Assembly (NCBI GenBank): GCA_000002445.1
Contig: CP000071.1
Location: 1,248,001 to 1,312,000 of the forward strand
Source of the DNA: Trypanosoma brucei
Lineage: Eukaryota
DNA length: 64,000 nt
Direction of reading: 5' to 3'
Positions 28,524 through 39,260 of the stretch are shown one piece after another. Position 1 is the first letter of the stretch. Each line of letters begins with the position of its first letter. Both the position numbers and the translations under genes were made by a program. Below the pieces are notes generated by a model. It saw only the letters and a list, made by a program, of their open reading frames with translations. It searched no databases and had not been told where the DNA came from.

Positions 28524-30560
28524 TTAATTGCGATAGCAACCGCGCATGGTTCGTGCTGCCTCTGCCTCTGCGTACTGCGACTGTTTCAACTGCGCTTGAC
28601 GCCGCTTAACCGCTGGGAACAAGTCAGATATGGCAGCACCCACTAAGGAATCCGCAAAGTGTGGTAACACCGTGCTGTACCTATTATTTGACTCTACCGC
28701 CGCCATGTAACGCTCGACATTTTCATGGAAACGGTTAACGACGCCGCGGTCGGACTGAGAGCAACGACGGCGGCCGCTATGAAATAATGCTCGCTGCTGT
28801 TGATGCTGATGCTGATGCAACTGGAACTGCTGCTGCCTTTGTGAAATGTCACTGAACTTCCCTAAGGCTACTTCGCCACTAATTTTCGGTATCTTCTCCT
28901 CTACTCTGCCATCTACACCCACACCAACCTCCCATGTCCCCAACCTTGTGCAGCGCCGCCACTCTGCCGATGTGTCCAGTCCATCACATGCCCGTTCTGC
29001 ATCCATGGGCATGGCGCCACTTCGCATAGAGTGATTTTCCGTCCGTCTGGCGCTTGTAGCAATCTCCGGTGTTGTGCTATCACCGCCCCTTCGGTGTTCA
29101 CATGAACTGGGTTCATGCTTCACGTGCTGCCCACGTCTCTTCCTGAGAGGGTTGCGATCTCCTCCTTTTACACGTGTGGATGCATTATAATCTACATCTC
29201 CTTGTGATGGTCGGCCCTCTTCACTGTGAGTTACCTCGTGTCTTAAGAGAGACGAGCAACTGGGTTGCTGCGGTGACAACAATGGCACGTCACACCGGTT
29301 AACCACCATACCTCGACCAAAAAAGTTCTTACTCCCCTCTTGGCGTTGGGACGGAGGCAAAATGTGCACGCCATGTCCGCTGCGATTTGTTTTTACGTTG
29401 CAACTCGCGCTCCCACTGCTGTTGGCGATGGCAAACTCTCTTCGGGTTATGGGAGGTACGGGTGAATGAACTTCGTCCTTCCGTGGAGGATACCACACCG
29501 TGTCGAAACCCATACCGAAGCTGTTATCCGCCTCGTTACTGTTCTCGATTGCATCCACTAGCAAAGTGGAATTCCACGACAATTGGCGCGCTGGGCTCGT
29601 CGTCCTCACGTTTTGTGACGGAATTGTGGTACCTAACTGTTGCCTCAGGAATCCCATCGCTTGCTTCCGTTCTTGACTTTGCACATCAAAAGAACGACTG
29701 AGTTGGTCTTCCGTTAGTGCATTTGCAAATATGTCAACGTGACTGGACCCTTGTGCCACAGGAGTGGAGCTGTAAGCCTCTCTACTCAACTCGCACCCCC
29801 ACATACCGCCACCTGCAGCCGGGTTAGACGTCATCAAAATATCCGTTGACAGCTGAACTAGCGGTGTCGGTGTGTTGGCATCGGTAGAGTGATCCCCACG
29901 AACACTAGAAACGGGAAGTGAAGTGTCCTCGTCACGTGTCGCGTTCTTCTTACCGCCTCCAGTTTCACTTCCAGATGTGTTTTTGCTTTCATACTCGCCG
30001 CAAGCATTGGACAGCTCGCCACGACGCGTCAACACACGACCAGGGACACACGCTGGAGTCTCATGCGAGGAATTGCCACCTATCTTCCAGTCCTCACAAC
30101 CGTTGCCCACTATGTGACGGTATCCCTCGAGCAATTCCTTTAACTCCTGCTCGACAGAGAGCAAATCGTTGCTGGCGCACAACGAGCCAGATGAAGACAA
30201 TGCAGGGGAATCAACGTTACCACGGCTAGCGCGTGATACTACAATCGGTTTTGTGTCAAACCGTTCGGTGGTATGAGTTACACTGATCCCTTTTTTCATT
30301 CCTGGTCGCCTCCATTCACATTGCTCCTCACGGCCCAGCTGCTCAGTACCGTGACCTCTATTGCTTGATGAGTGAAGCCGCAACTCTGGTGACGGAATTT
30401 GACACCCGTACACGCCGTCGCGGCACCACCCTTGAAGATGCTTTTCATCCTCTTCAATACGCCTTTCCATGGCGCTTTTTCGCCCTCTTATGTAGTTCTT
30501 ATCAATACTTACCTCCACTTGCACGTACTCTCTCCTCCCCTCTCGCGCCCGTTCTACCAC
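28524..30560 (-). CDS. Hypothetical protein, largely disordered S/R/G-rich, with a Q/H-rich C-terminal stretch
   Basis: A 678-aa uninterrupted ORF on the coding strand of the unit, flanked by low-complexity intergenic DNA. I recognised no domain. It contains QQQFQLHQHQHQQQ. Confidence 0.5.
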   Translation of the reverse strand: MVERAREGRREYVQVEVSIDKNYIRGRKSAMERRIEEDEKHLQGWCRDGVYGCQIPSPELRLHSSSNRGHGTEQLGREEQCEWRRPGMKKGISVTHTTERFDTKPIVVSRASRGNVDSPALSSSGSLCASNDLLSVEQELKELLEGYRHIVGNGCEDWKIGGNSSHETPACVPGRVLTRRGELSNACGEYESKNTSGSETGGGKKNATRDEDTSLPVSSVRGDHSTDANTPTPLVQLSTDILMTSNPAAGGGMWGCELSREAYSSTPVAQGSSHVDIFANALTEDQLSRSFDVQSQERKQAMGFLRQQLGTTIPSQNVRTTSPARQLSWNSTLLVDAIENSNEADNSFGMGFDTVWYPPRKDEVHSPVPPITRREFAIANSSGSASCNVKTNRSGHGVHILPPSQRQEGSKNFFGRGMVVNRCDVPLLSPQQPSCSSLLRHEVTHSEEGRPSQGDVDYNASTRVKGGDRNPLRKRRGQHVKHEPSSCEHRRGGDSTTPEIATSARRTENHSMRSGAMPMDAERACDGLDTSAEWRRCTRLGTWEVGVGVDGRVEEKIPKISGEVALGKFSDISQRQQQFQLHQHQHQQQRALFHSGRRRCSQSDRGVVNRFHENVERYMAAVESNNRYSTVLPHFADSLVGAAISDLFPAVKRRQAQLKQSQYAEAEAARTMRGCYRN

Positions 30561-31759
30561 CCCTTACTTGTTTATTCCCTTCTGAAGAAAACAGTTTTTT
30601 TTCCCTCTTCCCCCCTTCGATTTGTTATGACGCCTATATGCTATTACTACTTCTTTCTCACAAATGATTTCTTTGATTGGTTCCGCTCACGCGTCGACGC
30701 CGAACTCCCGATGGATGTGAGCACACACACGCACACACACACAAGCGGGAGAAAACTGACGGGAAGGTCCCTTGTCTCCTCTTGATGCGGTTGCTGCCGG
30801 TTCGGACAGCTTTCGTCGGTGCACGTCGCAGCTGAAAAATTATAGGTTGGAACCGGAGGCAAATGCACCGTGAAAATGTCCTGCGAGTGAGCCAACCGAT
30901 GAGCTAAATGCAGCTACAGTCAAAAACGCTTGATGTGTCTAATATATATTATTGCTCTTTTCTAGTGGATATGACCACAGAGCTACCTATTTCCTTTTTA
31001 CCCTTTTACTGTTTCCCTCCAAAAGGCACTTTAATGAAGAGCAGTAAGTTCATTGGAGGGTAGGAAACAGGACGGAAACCCCCATAAATGTGGAACACTC
31101 AAAAAAGAAAAGTGCAAAGTAGAAGACTTATAGCCAGGTGAAGTCACACGCGTGGAAATTTGCCAAGGACGTTATGACAAGTGCCTCCTATCCATGAACT
31201 TAACTTTTCAAAAATGCTTCTCTTTTTGTTTCATCCCAAACAAATGCATAACGAGCAGACCCCTGGAGCAACAGTGTTCCAATTTGAATCTTTTATAGTA
31301 CACATGGAAACACACGAAAACGTCTCAGACGAGCTGCAGCTTGGTGGACAAAGAAGTGATATTTGGTCACCCTTCGAATACAAACCGTCTCCCAATCACA
31401 AGCACAAACACAAACACAAACACACACGTATGGGCCTCCCTGTTCACTCACCTGCATCTACATGAGAAACTCACCCACAAACCACTTGTGGACAACTCAC
31501 ACCGACAAATCGTGGTTTTATAAGTATGTTGGTGGGCGAAAACAAAACAAAATACATAATTGTACAAAGGTATGAGCCAACACCCAACCAATATAGTGGT
31601 CAGTAAGGTATCAGGAATCCACCTCTACAAACAGTGGTCAACGCATATCTCATTCCTTTCCCTCTCTAAGGGGGAACTGGAAGAGAAGTCGGGGGTGGGG
31701 TCAAGGGAAGAAAACAAAGTAAAAAGGAAACAAAAAGGAAAACACAACTTCTGAAGGTG

Positions 31760-34700
31760 TCACGAGTCTTCTCTGTACGTACAATATACGCTGTCTAACT
31801 CCTCATCACTATCATCAGTGTCCCTCATAATATTTTTGACTACCAACAACGCGGCGGCGCCAGGAAGCGATGTCCTGCTAAAGCACCAGCTAATAACATC
31901 GCGGGATTTTTCCTCTAGCACCTCAATTCGCCGCCGATCATGTTCACATTGCAACATCGTCGCCCGCCACTCATCGACCCATAGTTCCACGGCCACCTCT
32001 TCCATTTCCTCTCGTTTACGCGCCTCCCGTTGCACCAAATAGGAACGAAGTCGGTAATCACGTCGTGCAAGAAATCCGCGCATGACAGCCTGAATGCGCG
32101 TGACACACGAAAGAACTAAAGCACGAAGAGCACGCTCACGCTCTTCCGCCTCCTTCTTGCGGCGCCGTGCTATCCAGCGACGAACCCCACGCTGAATAAC
32201 GGTTGCGCATTTATCGAGGAATAACTGCCGCCGCACGACCCTGCGGACAATCAACTTATCCGTTAACCGACGGCAGCGTCGTTCCTCGGCTATTTGGCAG
32301 CTTCGTCGTGCACGGAGAAATGCGCCAATGTGGGCCACAATTTTCAATTTTTGTTCGTGACGAAGCCACTGGTACAACTCCATGGCTTGACGGCGGAGTC
32401 GCAGTGCATAACCCAGTTGCATGCGCACAGTCCCGGCGCGACTCGCACTTTGAATCCTCATCGCTGCATAGAAGAAACCACGACCGATAGCCGCACGGCG
32501 GTGCCGTGCGGTTCGTTTTGCTATTGCCATGCGAGCAAATGATTGAAGTTTTATGGTTGCTCGGTATATGCGGTATTCTTCGTCCAGGCGGTCCCTACTG
32601 GTAACTTGCTGCACCCTGCGGAGATACCGTACAGTTCCATCAGCAAGGAAGCGACGGACCACGCGCTGGATCAACAGCACTGCACGCACTGTTCGACGGC
32701 AGTGGTTGAGTGCATTGTGCACAACCTGCAGCCGTAAGGCATTCTTCCATCCTTGCTGTATGACTGCGGCAGCCTCTTCACGTTTGACCTCACGATGTGC
32801 AGCTTCCAGCGCAAGACGCTCACGGCGGCGTTTGTACTCCTGCAAGCACAACCGCACAAGATCGATACTTTCGTTAAGTTTTCGCTGCCGTTGCTCGTAC
32901 TCTTCTGCCAACCGCTCCCTAAGGAGACGCACTTTTCGTCGGTCCAGATGGCCTTTATAGTGTCGCTGAATGACAGTTGCCGCGCTGTTTTGTTTTCGAA
33001 GCAACTCCTCTTCTCTCTGCTCTTCCTTAATTTCACGCTCCCGCCGCCGCCAGTATTGCCTGCGTGGATAAACAAGTCGCCACCAACGCGCCACGATCGT
33101 CTGCGCCACAACGCGCAGCCGTAACTCTTCCATGTTGTTGAGTCTAAGCAGTTTACAAAGGTACCGCTGAACTCTTCGCCGAGCAACGTAATCCTTTCCA
33201 TAGCGCGCAATAACAAGTGCTGCCTTGATTTCACGATTTTCTCGTTCAATTCGCTCATCCATAGCCGTAGCGTACCTTTGCTGCGTCAAACGCAGATGTT
33301 TTTGCGCGACAACAGAGTGAATAAAGCCTTCAATACACATTGCTGCGGCCTTTTGCACCCGGTAAACACGCTTGTAGAGAATCTGCTGCCGTTCACGCAG
33401 TGCAACACGCGCCTGATAAACACGCCAGGCGCATTGTATTTTGATGGCTGAGAGCATACGCCACTGGAAAAGTTGCCGGAAGTAGTTAACGAGTTCGATC
33501 TCGCAGCGTTCTTTTTTCTCTTCTACTGTTTCCTCCTCACTTTCTTCACTCTCCTCAGTTTCCTCACTTTCTTCGGTTTCCTCCGTTTCTTCTTCATCCG
33601 ATTCATCTGATTCATCTTCCTCATCCGATTCCTCTTCCTCATCCGATTCCTCATCTTTTTTATCCTCACAAACTAACCCATGCGCCGACCCCTCACGTTC
33701 ACTAGCTGCTGCTTCACCTGAATTGGGCCTCTGAGTGCTATCAGAAGATTGGGCCTTGTCGATTCTGGGTCGGCGTTTGGGTTTCTTCGCAAGCGCACTT
33801 TTCAGGTTGAACGCTCCCGAACTTTCTTGCAGGTCAGCGTCAGAGTCTCCTTTGTCCATTCCCAGTGCGGAATCATGTAAGGGGGAACCGACTGATGAAC
33901 TTCCACCATCCGCTGCTCGCTTGTGGCTTCGTTTCTTCACTTTGCGCTTTAGTGCCTGGGAATCGCTCAGAGGGGCTTGGGAGGCGCGTAAAGATCCGCC
34001 CTCCTCGGAGGTGGTGGGTTCCTCCTTATCATGCCCCTTTGCTGATCGCTTCTTTTTCTTCTTTTTCTTCATGTCGTCACCAATAAGACCCAGTCGGGCA
34101 AGCAGCGCGTCACCGCTAGAGAAATCGTTGAAGAGACTCTTGGTAAGATCCTCACTCTCAACGCGCTTCCTGACTTTCTTCTTCTTCTCTGTTTTCCGTT
34201 TAGCTTTTTTCACTCGCGCCAGCAGTTGGTCCCCGGCACCAAGGTTGTCGGCGGCAGAATTTTCTGTAACTATGGCTATTTCCCCGGTACCACTCGACGT
34301 CTTTTTCCTTGCTCGGACACGGTTTAATAGGTTTGTTAAGGTTCCATCACCACTAAGCTCATCGGTAACAGTACCATCATCGTCATCATCATCGCCATCT
34401 GATTTTGTATCTTTATCATCGCCCTTCGCTTTCTTATGCTTTTTTTTGTCATCTTTCCTGCTTTTCATACGATCAATACAGGCTAATAGTGCTTCCCCAC
34501 CAACGAAACCATCGCCGTCCGCCTGCAACATGCCTTCATCGATCTCCAAGGTCGATTCATTTCTTTCCTCTTTTGATTTCCTTGACTTTTTCTTCGACTC
34601 GCTTCCACCTTGCGCTGCACCTGGTTTCCCTGGCCCGACAAATGCAGGCAGAAAACTTCGTTGGCGACGGAGCCTCCTTCTTCGCCGCTGTATTTCTAAC

Positions 34701-36160
34701 ATTTTTTCCCTCTCCCGCTCTTCCTCGCGCCTTTTCTCCGCAAAAAGCGTATCCTCCACACTCACACCGCCGAGCCGCAGCGCATCACTCGGCCGTCGTA
34801 ACCTGTGACAGGTGAAGAGGTGTTTTGTATTTACATGTTCCCCACTTACCACAACCTCAACGGTCCGTTTTCGCGTTCCACCAAGAGGCATAGAAGGGTC
34901 CCACTTTATGGCAGCCTGGTACCAATTATCGTTTAGTTGAGAATCCGAATCACCTACAACTACTGGGAAACTCGGAAGGCGGTCTTGCAGCGAGGGAAGT
35001 GCAATTTTCGTGCTGACAGTTGCGAACGAGCTCATCCCTGCGGTCGTTACTGTGCGTGGGGTAGAGGCGTTGCGCGATGGTGCAGTGACCCTACCTTGGC
35101 TAATCTGTGGCAGACTCAATATGCTTTGATTCGATCCAACTGTTTCGCCAAGGATGTTAGCCTCAAGTCGTGACGGTCGGTTCGATCTTCTTCCATCCTC
35201 ATGCGGCTCTACCATGGGTTCCGCCTGATTTGGGGCATCTTGGATGCCCTCAAGTTTCAAACGAAGCGGATGGTTGGGTTCCAAGTACTGCTTACCAAGT
35301 TCTAAGGCCCTCGAAAAGCTGGTTTGCATTTCTCGTTCTATAGCCAACTGTTTATTACTATCAACTTCCAATGAAGAAATATGCTCAAGTTCACAGCCAA
35401 CATTGTACAGCGCGACCGGAAGGAGCTCACAAGCCTCCTTCATACAATTGACACCGAATCCCCCTGCCGATGGGTTGCTTACCGCAGTTTCCAACATCCG
35501 AACAGCGGCGCGGTGACGCCTGATCGCTCGGTCACACTGACCCGCGTTATGTAAGAGGACGGCAATCTGTATGGAACTCATCGCCTGTCGAAGAAGGTTC
35601 ACCTTCTCCTCAACGGCGACCAACTGCTGCACCGTCTTCGGGTCAGCGGCATCTCCTTGACTTGTCACCACGGCCCGCTGCTTCCTCACAACGGCGGCTA
35701 CATGTTGTTCTAGTTTGCATGCCTCTTTGGCCTGCTTCACAGCCTCCAGCATATCCCCTTGCGACGCATGACCTTGGTTGTTATGGGCAAACAATTCCCG
35801 CAACATAACATGCGTATCGCGAACAACTAACAAAATTTGCGCCGCTATAAGGGGAGGAATGTGCTCCTGTATGCTGATACTGGGTATGGAGGCGTCGCTT
35901 CCGTGATCATCCCTGTTACTAAGAGGAGCACCTTCCCGCTGCAGCCATATGCCGTCTGGAATACAGGCACGACGAACCTCATGCCCGATCTCAGCAGCTT
36001 TATCTAATGCCTGTATGGCTTTGGTCCGCACACCCATGGCGGCCTTCCAGTCAGGTCCGTCAACTACGCCGGGTGGAATATTACTGGAAGCGAGGAGGAA
36101 CTCCTCAATATTTTGTTTTGCCTCAATTTGCAACCGCTGGAGTTCATCAAGTCGTTCCAT
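31760..36160 (-). CDS. Large IQ-motif (calmodulin-binding) protein with TPR-like N-terminus, Lys-rich repeat region and acidic tract
   Basis: The 1466-aa ORF has at least 9 IQ-like motifs in its C-terminal third: IQCAWRVYQAR, VIQRHYKGHLDRRK, VIQQGWKNALR, LIQRVVRRFLA, IKLQSFARMAIAKR, RIQSASRAG, VIQRGVRRWIARRR and RIQAVMRGFLARR. Upstream lies an acidic TEETEESEETEESEESEEE tract. Four degenerate repeats G[DE]xLLAR...K-rich occupy aa 550-706. N-terminal helical repeats are TPR-like. Confidence 0.7.
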   Translation of the reverse strand: MERLDELQRLQIEAKQNIEEFLLASSNIPPGVVDGPDWKAAMGVRTKAIQALDKAAEIGHEVRRACIPDGIWLQREGAPLSNRDDHGSDASIPSISIQEHIPPLIAAQILLVVRDTHVMLRELFAHNNQGHASQGDMLEAVKQAKEACKLEQHVAAVVRKQRAVVTSQGDAADPKTVQQLVAVEEKVNLLRQAMSSIQIAVLLHNAGQCDRAIRRHRAAVRMLETAVSNPSAGGFGVNCMKEACELLPVALYNVGCELEHISSLEVDSNKQLAIEREMQTSFSRALELGKQYLEPNHPLRLKLEGIQDAPNQAEPMVEPHEDGRRSNRPSRLEANILGETVGSNQSILSLPQISQGRVTAPSRNASTPRTVTTAGMSSFATVSTKIALPSLQDRLPSFPVVVGDSDSQLNDNWYQAAIKWDPSMPLGGTRKRTVEVVVSGEHVNTKHLFTCHRLRRPSDALRLGGVSVEDTLFAEKRREEEREREKMLEIQRRRRRLRRQRSFLPAFVGPGKPGAAQGGSESKKKSRKSKEERNESTLEIDEGMLQADGDGFVGGEALLACIDRMKSRKDDKKKHKKAKGDDKDTKSDGDDDDDDGTVTDELSGDGTLTNLLNRVRARKKTSSGTGEIAIVTENSAADNLGAGDQLLARVKKAKRKTEKKKKVRKRVESEDLTKSLFNDFSSGDALLARLGLIGDDMKKKKKKKRSAKGHDKEEPTTSEEGGSLRASQAPLSDSQALKRKVKKRSHKRAADGGSSSVGSPLHDSALGMDKGDSDADLQESSGAFNLKSALAKKPKRRPRIDKAQSSDSTQRPNSGEAAASEREGSAHGLVCEDKKDEESDEEEESDEEDESDESDEEETEETEESEETEESEESEEETVEEKKERCEIELVNYFRQLFQWRMLSAIKIQCAWRVYQARVALRERQQILYKRVYRVQKAAAMCIEGFIHSVVAQKHLRLTQQRYATAMDERIERENREIKAALVIARYGKDYVARRRVQRYLCKLLRLNNMEELRLRVVAQTIVARWWRLVYPRRQYWRRREREIKEEQREEELLRKQNSAATVIQRHYKGHLDRRKVRLLRERLAEEYEQRQRKLNESIDLVRLCLQEYKRRRERLALEAAHREVKREEAAAVIQQGWKNALRLQVVHNALNHCRRTVRAVLLIQRVVRRFLADGTVRYLRRVQQVTSRDRLDEEYRIYRATIKLQSFARMAIAKRTARHRRAAIGRGFFYAAMRIQSASRAGTVRMQLGYALRLRRQAMELYQWLRHEQKLKIVAHIGAFLRARRSCQIAEERRCRRLTDKLIVRRVVRRQLFLDKCATVIQRGVRRWIARRRKKEAEERERALRALVLSCVTRIQAVMRGFLARRDYRLRSYLVQREARKREEMEEVAVELWVDEWRATMLQCEHDRRRIEVLEEKSRDVISWCFSRTSLPGAAALLVVKNIMRDTDDSDEELDSVYCTYREDS

Positions 36161-36725
36161 TGTGCAGCTCGGAAGTTAGAAGTGGGGATGTAAAGCAGAT
36201 CGAGTCAGTAGCAACCGGCAGAGAAAGAAGAAAGTAAAACAAACCCACACAGTCTGTCACAGTAACCGCGTAAAAATTGTGGGACTAGCCGTGCAGTTCC
36301 TCTATTCCTCTGGTCACGCGGCACCGGTGCAGAACTGGGCACCACCTCTATCTGCTGCTTGTTTTCTTGTCCCTTCGCTGGTCAACCAACCGAGTTTAAG
36401 AAAATAAGGGAAGTTAAAAGAATGGCCAAATTTGCATAATATAAACATGTGCGCAAAACAGTGAAGTTGAAAAAACTGGTCTCGCATATGTGCGTGGAGA
36501 TGAGACTAAGTACGTGGGTGTGGATGTGCACGCGCTACACGGCACAACGAGAGATGAAGAAGTTGACAACAGCGACATTTTCACACGGAAGAGTTATACA
36601 AACACGTCAACACAAAAATAACCAGGGACTAAGGGAGAAAGGAATATGCATAAATGTTGCCTCCAGCACCCGTGGACCGTGTTGTTAAAAGTGTATTACC
36701 TGCCCATCTTAACAACCGCCCACGG

Positions 36726-36777
<52 letters not shown>
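36726..36777. repeat. Compound (AC)9(AT)16 microsatellite
   Basis: The sequence acacacacacacacacac is followed directly by a long atat... run in the spacer between the IQ-motif gene and Rab11. Confidence 0.9.
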
Positions 36778-36780
<3 letters not shown>

Positions 36781-38609
36781 GTTATCAGCAAGGGAGAGGG
36801 AAAAGAAGGGTTGCAATTCACACTAAAAATAGTAATATATATTAGTGTGTATGTTTGCTTGCACGCATAAGTTTAACAAGGCAAAGAAAAAACAGGTACA
36901 GTAGACGGTCGTACTCAGTTTCTGCATCTGAGACTTCCTGATCTGGCCTGACCTCACCTCATCTCCCCCTTCTCAACCCTTTGAGCTGCCAAATCCTCAG
37001 GTAAAATGGAGCGCCGCAATACGCCTCAGGCGGAAAAGTAACGAAAAAAAAAACGGCACACTAGTGACACTTTCATCCCCTTATTCCTTTTCTTCACCCT
37101 TCCTTTCAACAGCTCAATAACCATTTCATCTATTTCCTCGTCCACTTCATGTCAAGTGATGTCACAAAAATCAGTCCCATTCCCCCCCGTACTCTCTTTT
37201 TCTGATGCGCTTCCTCTTTCAATCCGTCCTTCCCCAGCTCCCTTCAAAGACCACCACATCCCCTCCATAATGCAACACACAACAAAAAGGAAAGAGAGGA
37301 ATGGAAAAAGAAATGAAGAAGAGAAAAGAGGTTGAAGGAAAAGAAAGGAAAGGAAAGTGAGACCCTACTCAGAGAATGCATTGACAGCAACAGTTGTGCC
37401 ATTACGTGACATGGCACCCATTTCCGTTTCTTCATAGGAATACCATGGTTTTCTTTTTTTTTTTTGTCCGGGGGGAGGGGGTTGCCTTGTCGGTCATATA
37501 TTTCTTTGCGGTTTCACTCCACTGCATCACCGCTGCTCCCTCCCCCGATAAAATTTTCCGCAAGTTCAGCAAATCGATTCCGTGAGTTGTTTTTTCTTTT
37601 TCTTTTTTTTTCTTCGTTCCCTCCTTCTTTCCTTCCTTCTAAATGTACGTATGTTTGTGCCTCACTGGAATTCTTCATTTTATTCATTTCCCTCCATCTT
37701 TTCATTCTTCTTTTCCCTCTTTTTTTTTTCATCTTCCATTTGCTCAAACAACTCCCACCCCCCAATCCCAAGCCTTTATGACCACAACGACTACACCAAA
37801 CCCACAAAAGGCTGACCTACCTATTTCAAAACATTCAGCCATACCAAACCCGAATATGAAGGGAACAAACAAACAAACAAACAACAAAAAATGGAAACAC
37901 AAAGACAGAACAGTGGAGAAACTAAAGGGATGGAATCGAAATAACGAGTGAGCATTGTTTTACTTATATTATTTATGTGCGCAATTATCCACTTGTTTGA
38001 AGGGTTGTTGTTAACCAGCAAAGCACAGAAACCTGAGACTGTTTTTTTTCCCCTCCCTTTTAAATAGAAAAGAGAGATGCGGCGCTCGCAGTAATAACAT
38101 ATACGCAACATAACGCACGCAGTCTCAGAGGTGTAACCGTGAGCGCAGCAAACGGACACACACGATTGAAATTTAATAACAGCAAGATTTGTCAGAGTAG
38201 CTTTGTATAAAAGAGGGCCTGGCAAACCAAAGAGGCACACAGAAAGGTGTAGGGGCAAAAGGTTCGTAAAGGAAGAGAGAAAGGGAAAAGGAAGGGAGGG
38301 AGGGCATGGAAGGGAACAACAACAAAAAAAAAGCGGTAAGCTGCGCCCAAGTATTTGATACTCCCCACACATCCCACTCCATCGGGCATTTGTTACTTGA
38401 GCAAATGTCACATGTTAGATACAACAAATGTCTTTACACCATAGTGTATGTATGCATAATTCCCGTCCACTCCTTATTTCGTTTCCCTACTCAACCACTC
38501 ACAACCACACGAACACGAACATACACATATACGTGTGCACTCCTTTTTCTCTTTTTTACCAAAGTTACCTTTTTTTTTTCTATCCAGGCCTTAATCGCTT
38601 TCTGAAGTC

Positions 38610-39260
38610 TTAACAGCACCCGCCACTCGCCTTACCAGCCGGCTGGTTGGAATTGGAAGGCGAAAGGTTCACTGGCTTTTTGGCTGCCGCGCCTGCATTA
38701 AGAGGCGGCCGCTTGCCCGTTGCAGCGGAATCGACCGGCGCCACAACATGGTCATACACCGATTTCGCAAGCCACTCAAAAGCCTTGTCTACGTTTGTTT
38801 TCTCCAACGCGGAGGTTTCGAGGAAAGACAAACCGTTTTCACGGGCAAAGCGGTCAGCCACTTCCTTTTTGATCACACGCAGGTGCTCAAGATCGCATTT
38901 GTTGCCAATGAGAAAGATAGAGCACGTGGCGGGTACGAAGGCGCGGAGCTCCTGAAGCCACGTGGAAATGGAATCAAATGATGTTTGGTTGGTGATGTCA
39001 TAGACGAGCATCGCCCCCTTCGCTCCGTGGTAAATCGAACGGGAGATGGCGCGGAAACGTTCCTGCCCAGCGGTATCCCAAATCTGCACTTTGGCGTCCC
39101 GCCCTTCAATTTTGATGCTTTTTGTCATAAACTCCACGCCGATAGTCGCCGGCGTGTCTTGACTGAACTCATCGGCTGTGTAGCGAGTCATGAGGTTGGA
39201 CTTCCCAACACCGCTGTCACCCACGATAACAACTTTGAACGTAAGGTTCATGTCTTCCAT
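38610..39260 (-). CDS. RAB11: Rab11-family small GTPase
   Basis: G1 GDSGVGKSNLMTRYTADEF (Rab11: GDSGVGKSNLLSRFTRNEF), the switch I/effector TIGVEF, WDTAGQERFRAI, GNKCDL, NGLSFLETSAL (Rab11: NGLSFIETSAL), ETSALE and a C-terminal GGCC prenylation motif. At 216 aa it has the Rab11-like N-terminal extension before the P-loop. Confidence 0.85.
   Translation of the reverse strand: MEDMNLTFKVVIVGDSGVGKSNLMTRYTADEFSQDTPATIGVEFMTKSIKIEGRDAKVQIWDTAGQERFRAISRSIYHGAKGAMLVYDITNQTSFDSISTWLQELRAFVPATCSIFLIGNKCDLEHLRVIKKEVADRFARENGLSFLETSALEKTNVDKAFEWLAKSVYDHVVAPVDSAATGKRPPLNAGAAAKKPVNLSPSNSNQPAGKASGGCC

Noticed and set aside
33735-34808. 357-aa plus-strand ORF (and 34405-34815 +)
   Set aside because: It lies antisense to the K/E-rich low-complexity part of the 31760-36160 gene. 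The translation is S/L/F-rich nonsense typical of a shadow frame, and there is no independent coding signal.
37821-38411. 196-aa minus-strand ORF in the spacer upstream of the IQ-motif gene
   Set aside because: It is a Cys/Phe/Leu/Pro-rich low-complexity translation of a pyrimidine-rich spacer with no domain-like features. It is likely UTR sequence.
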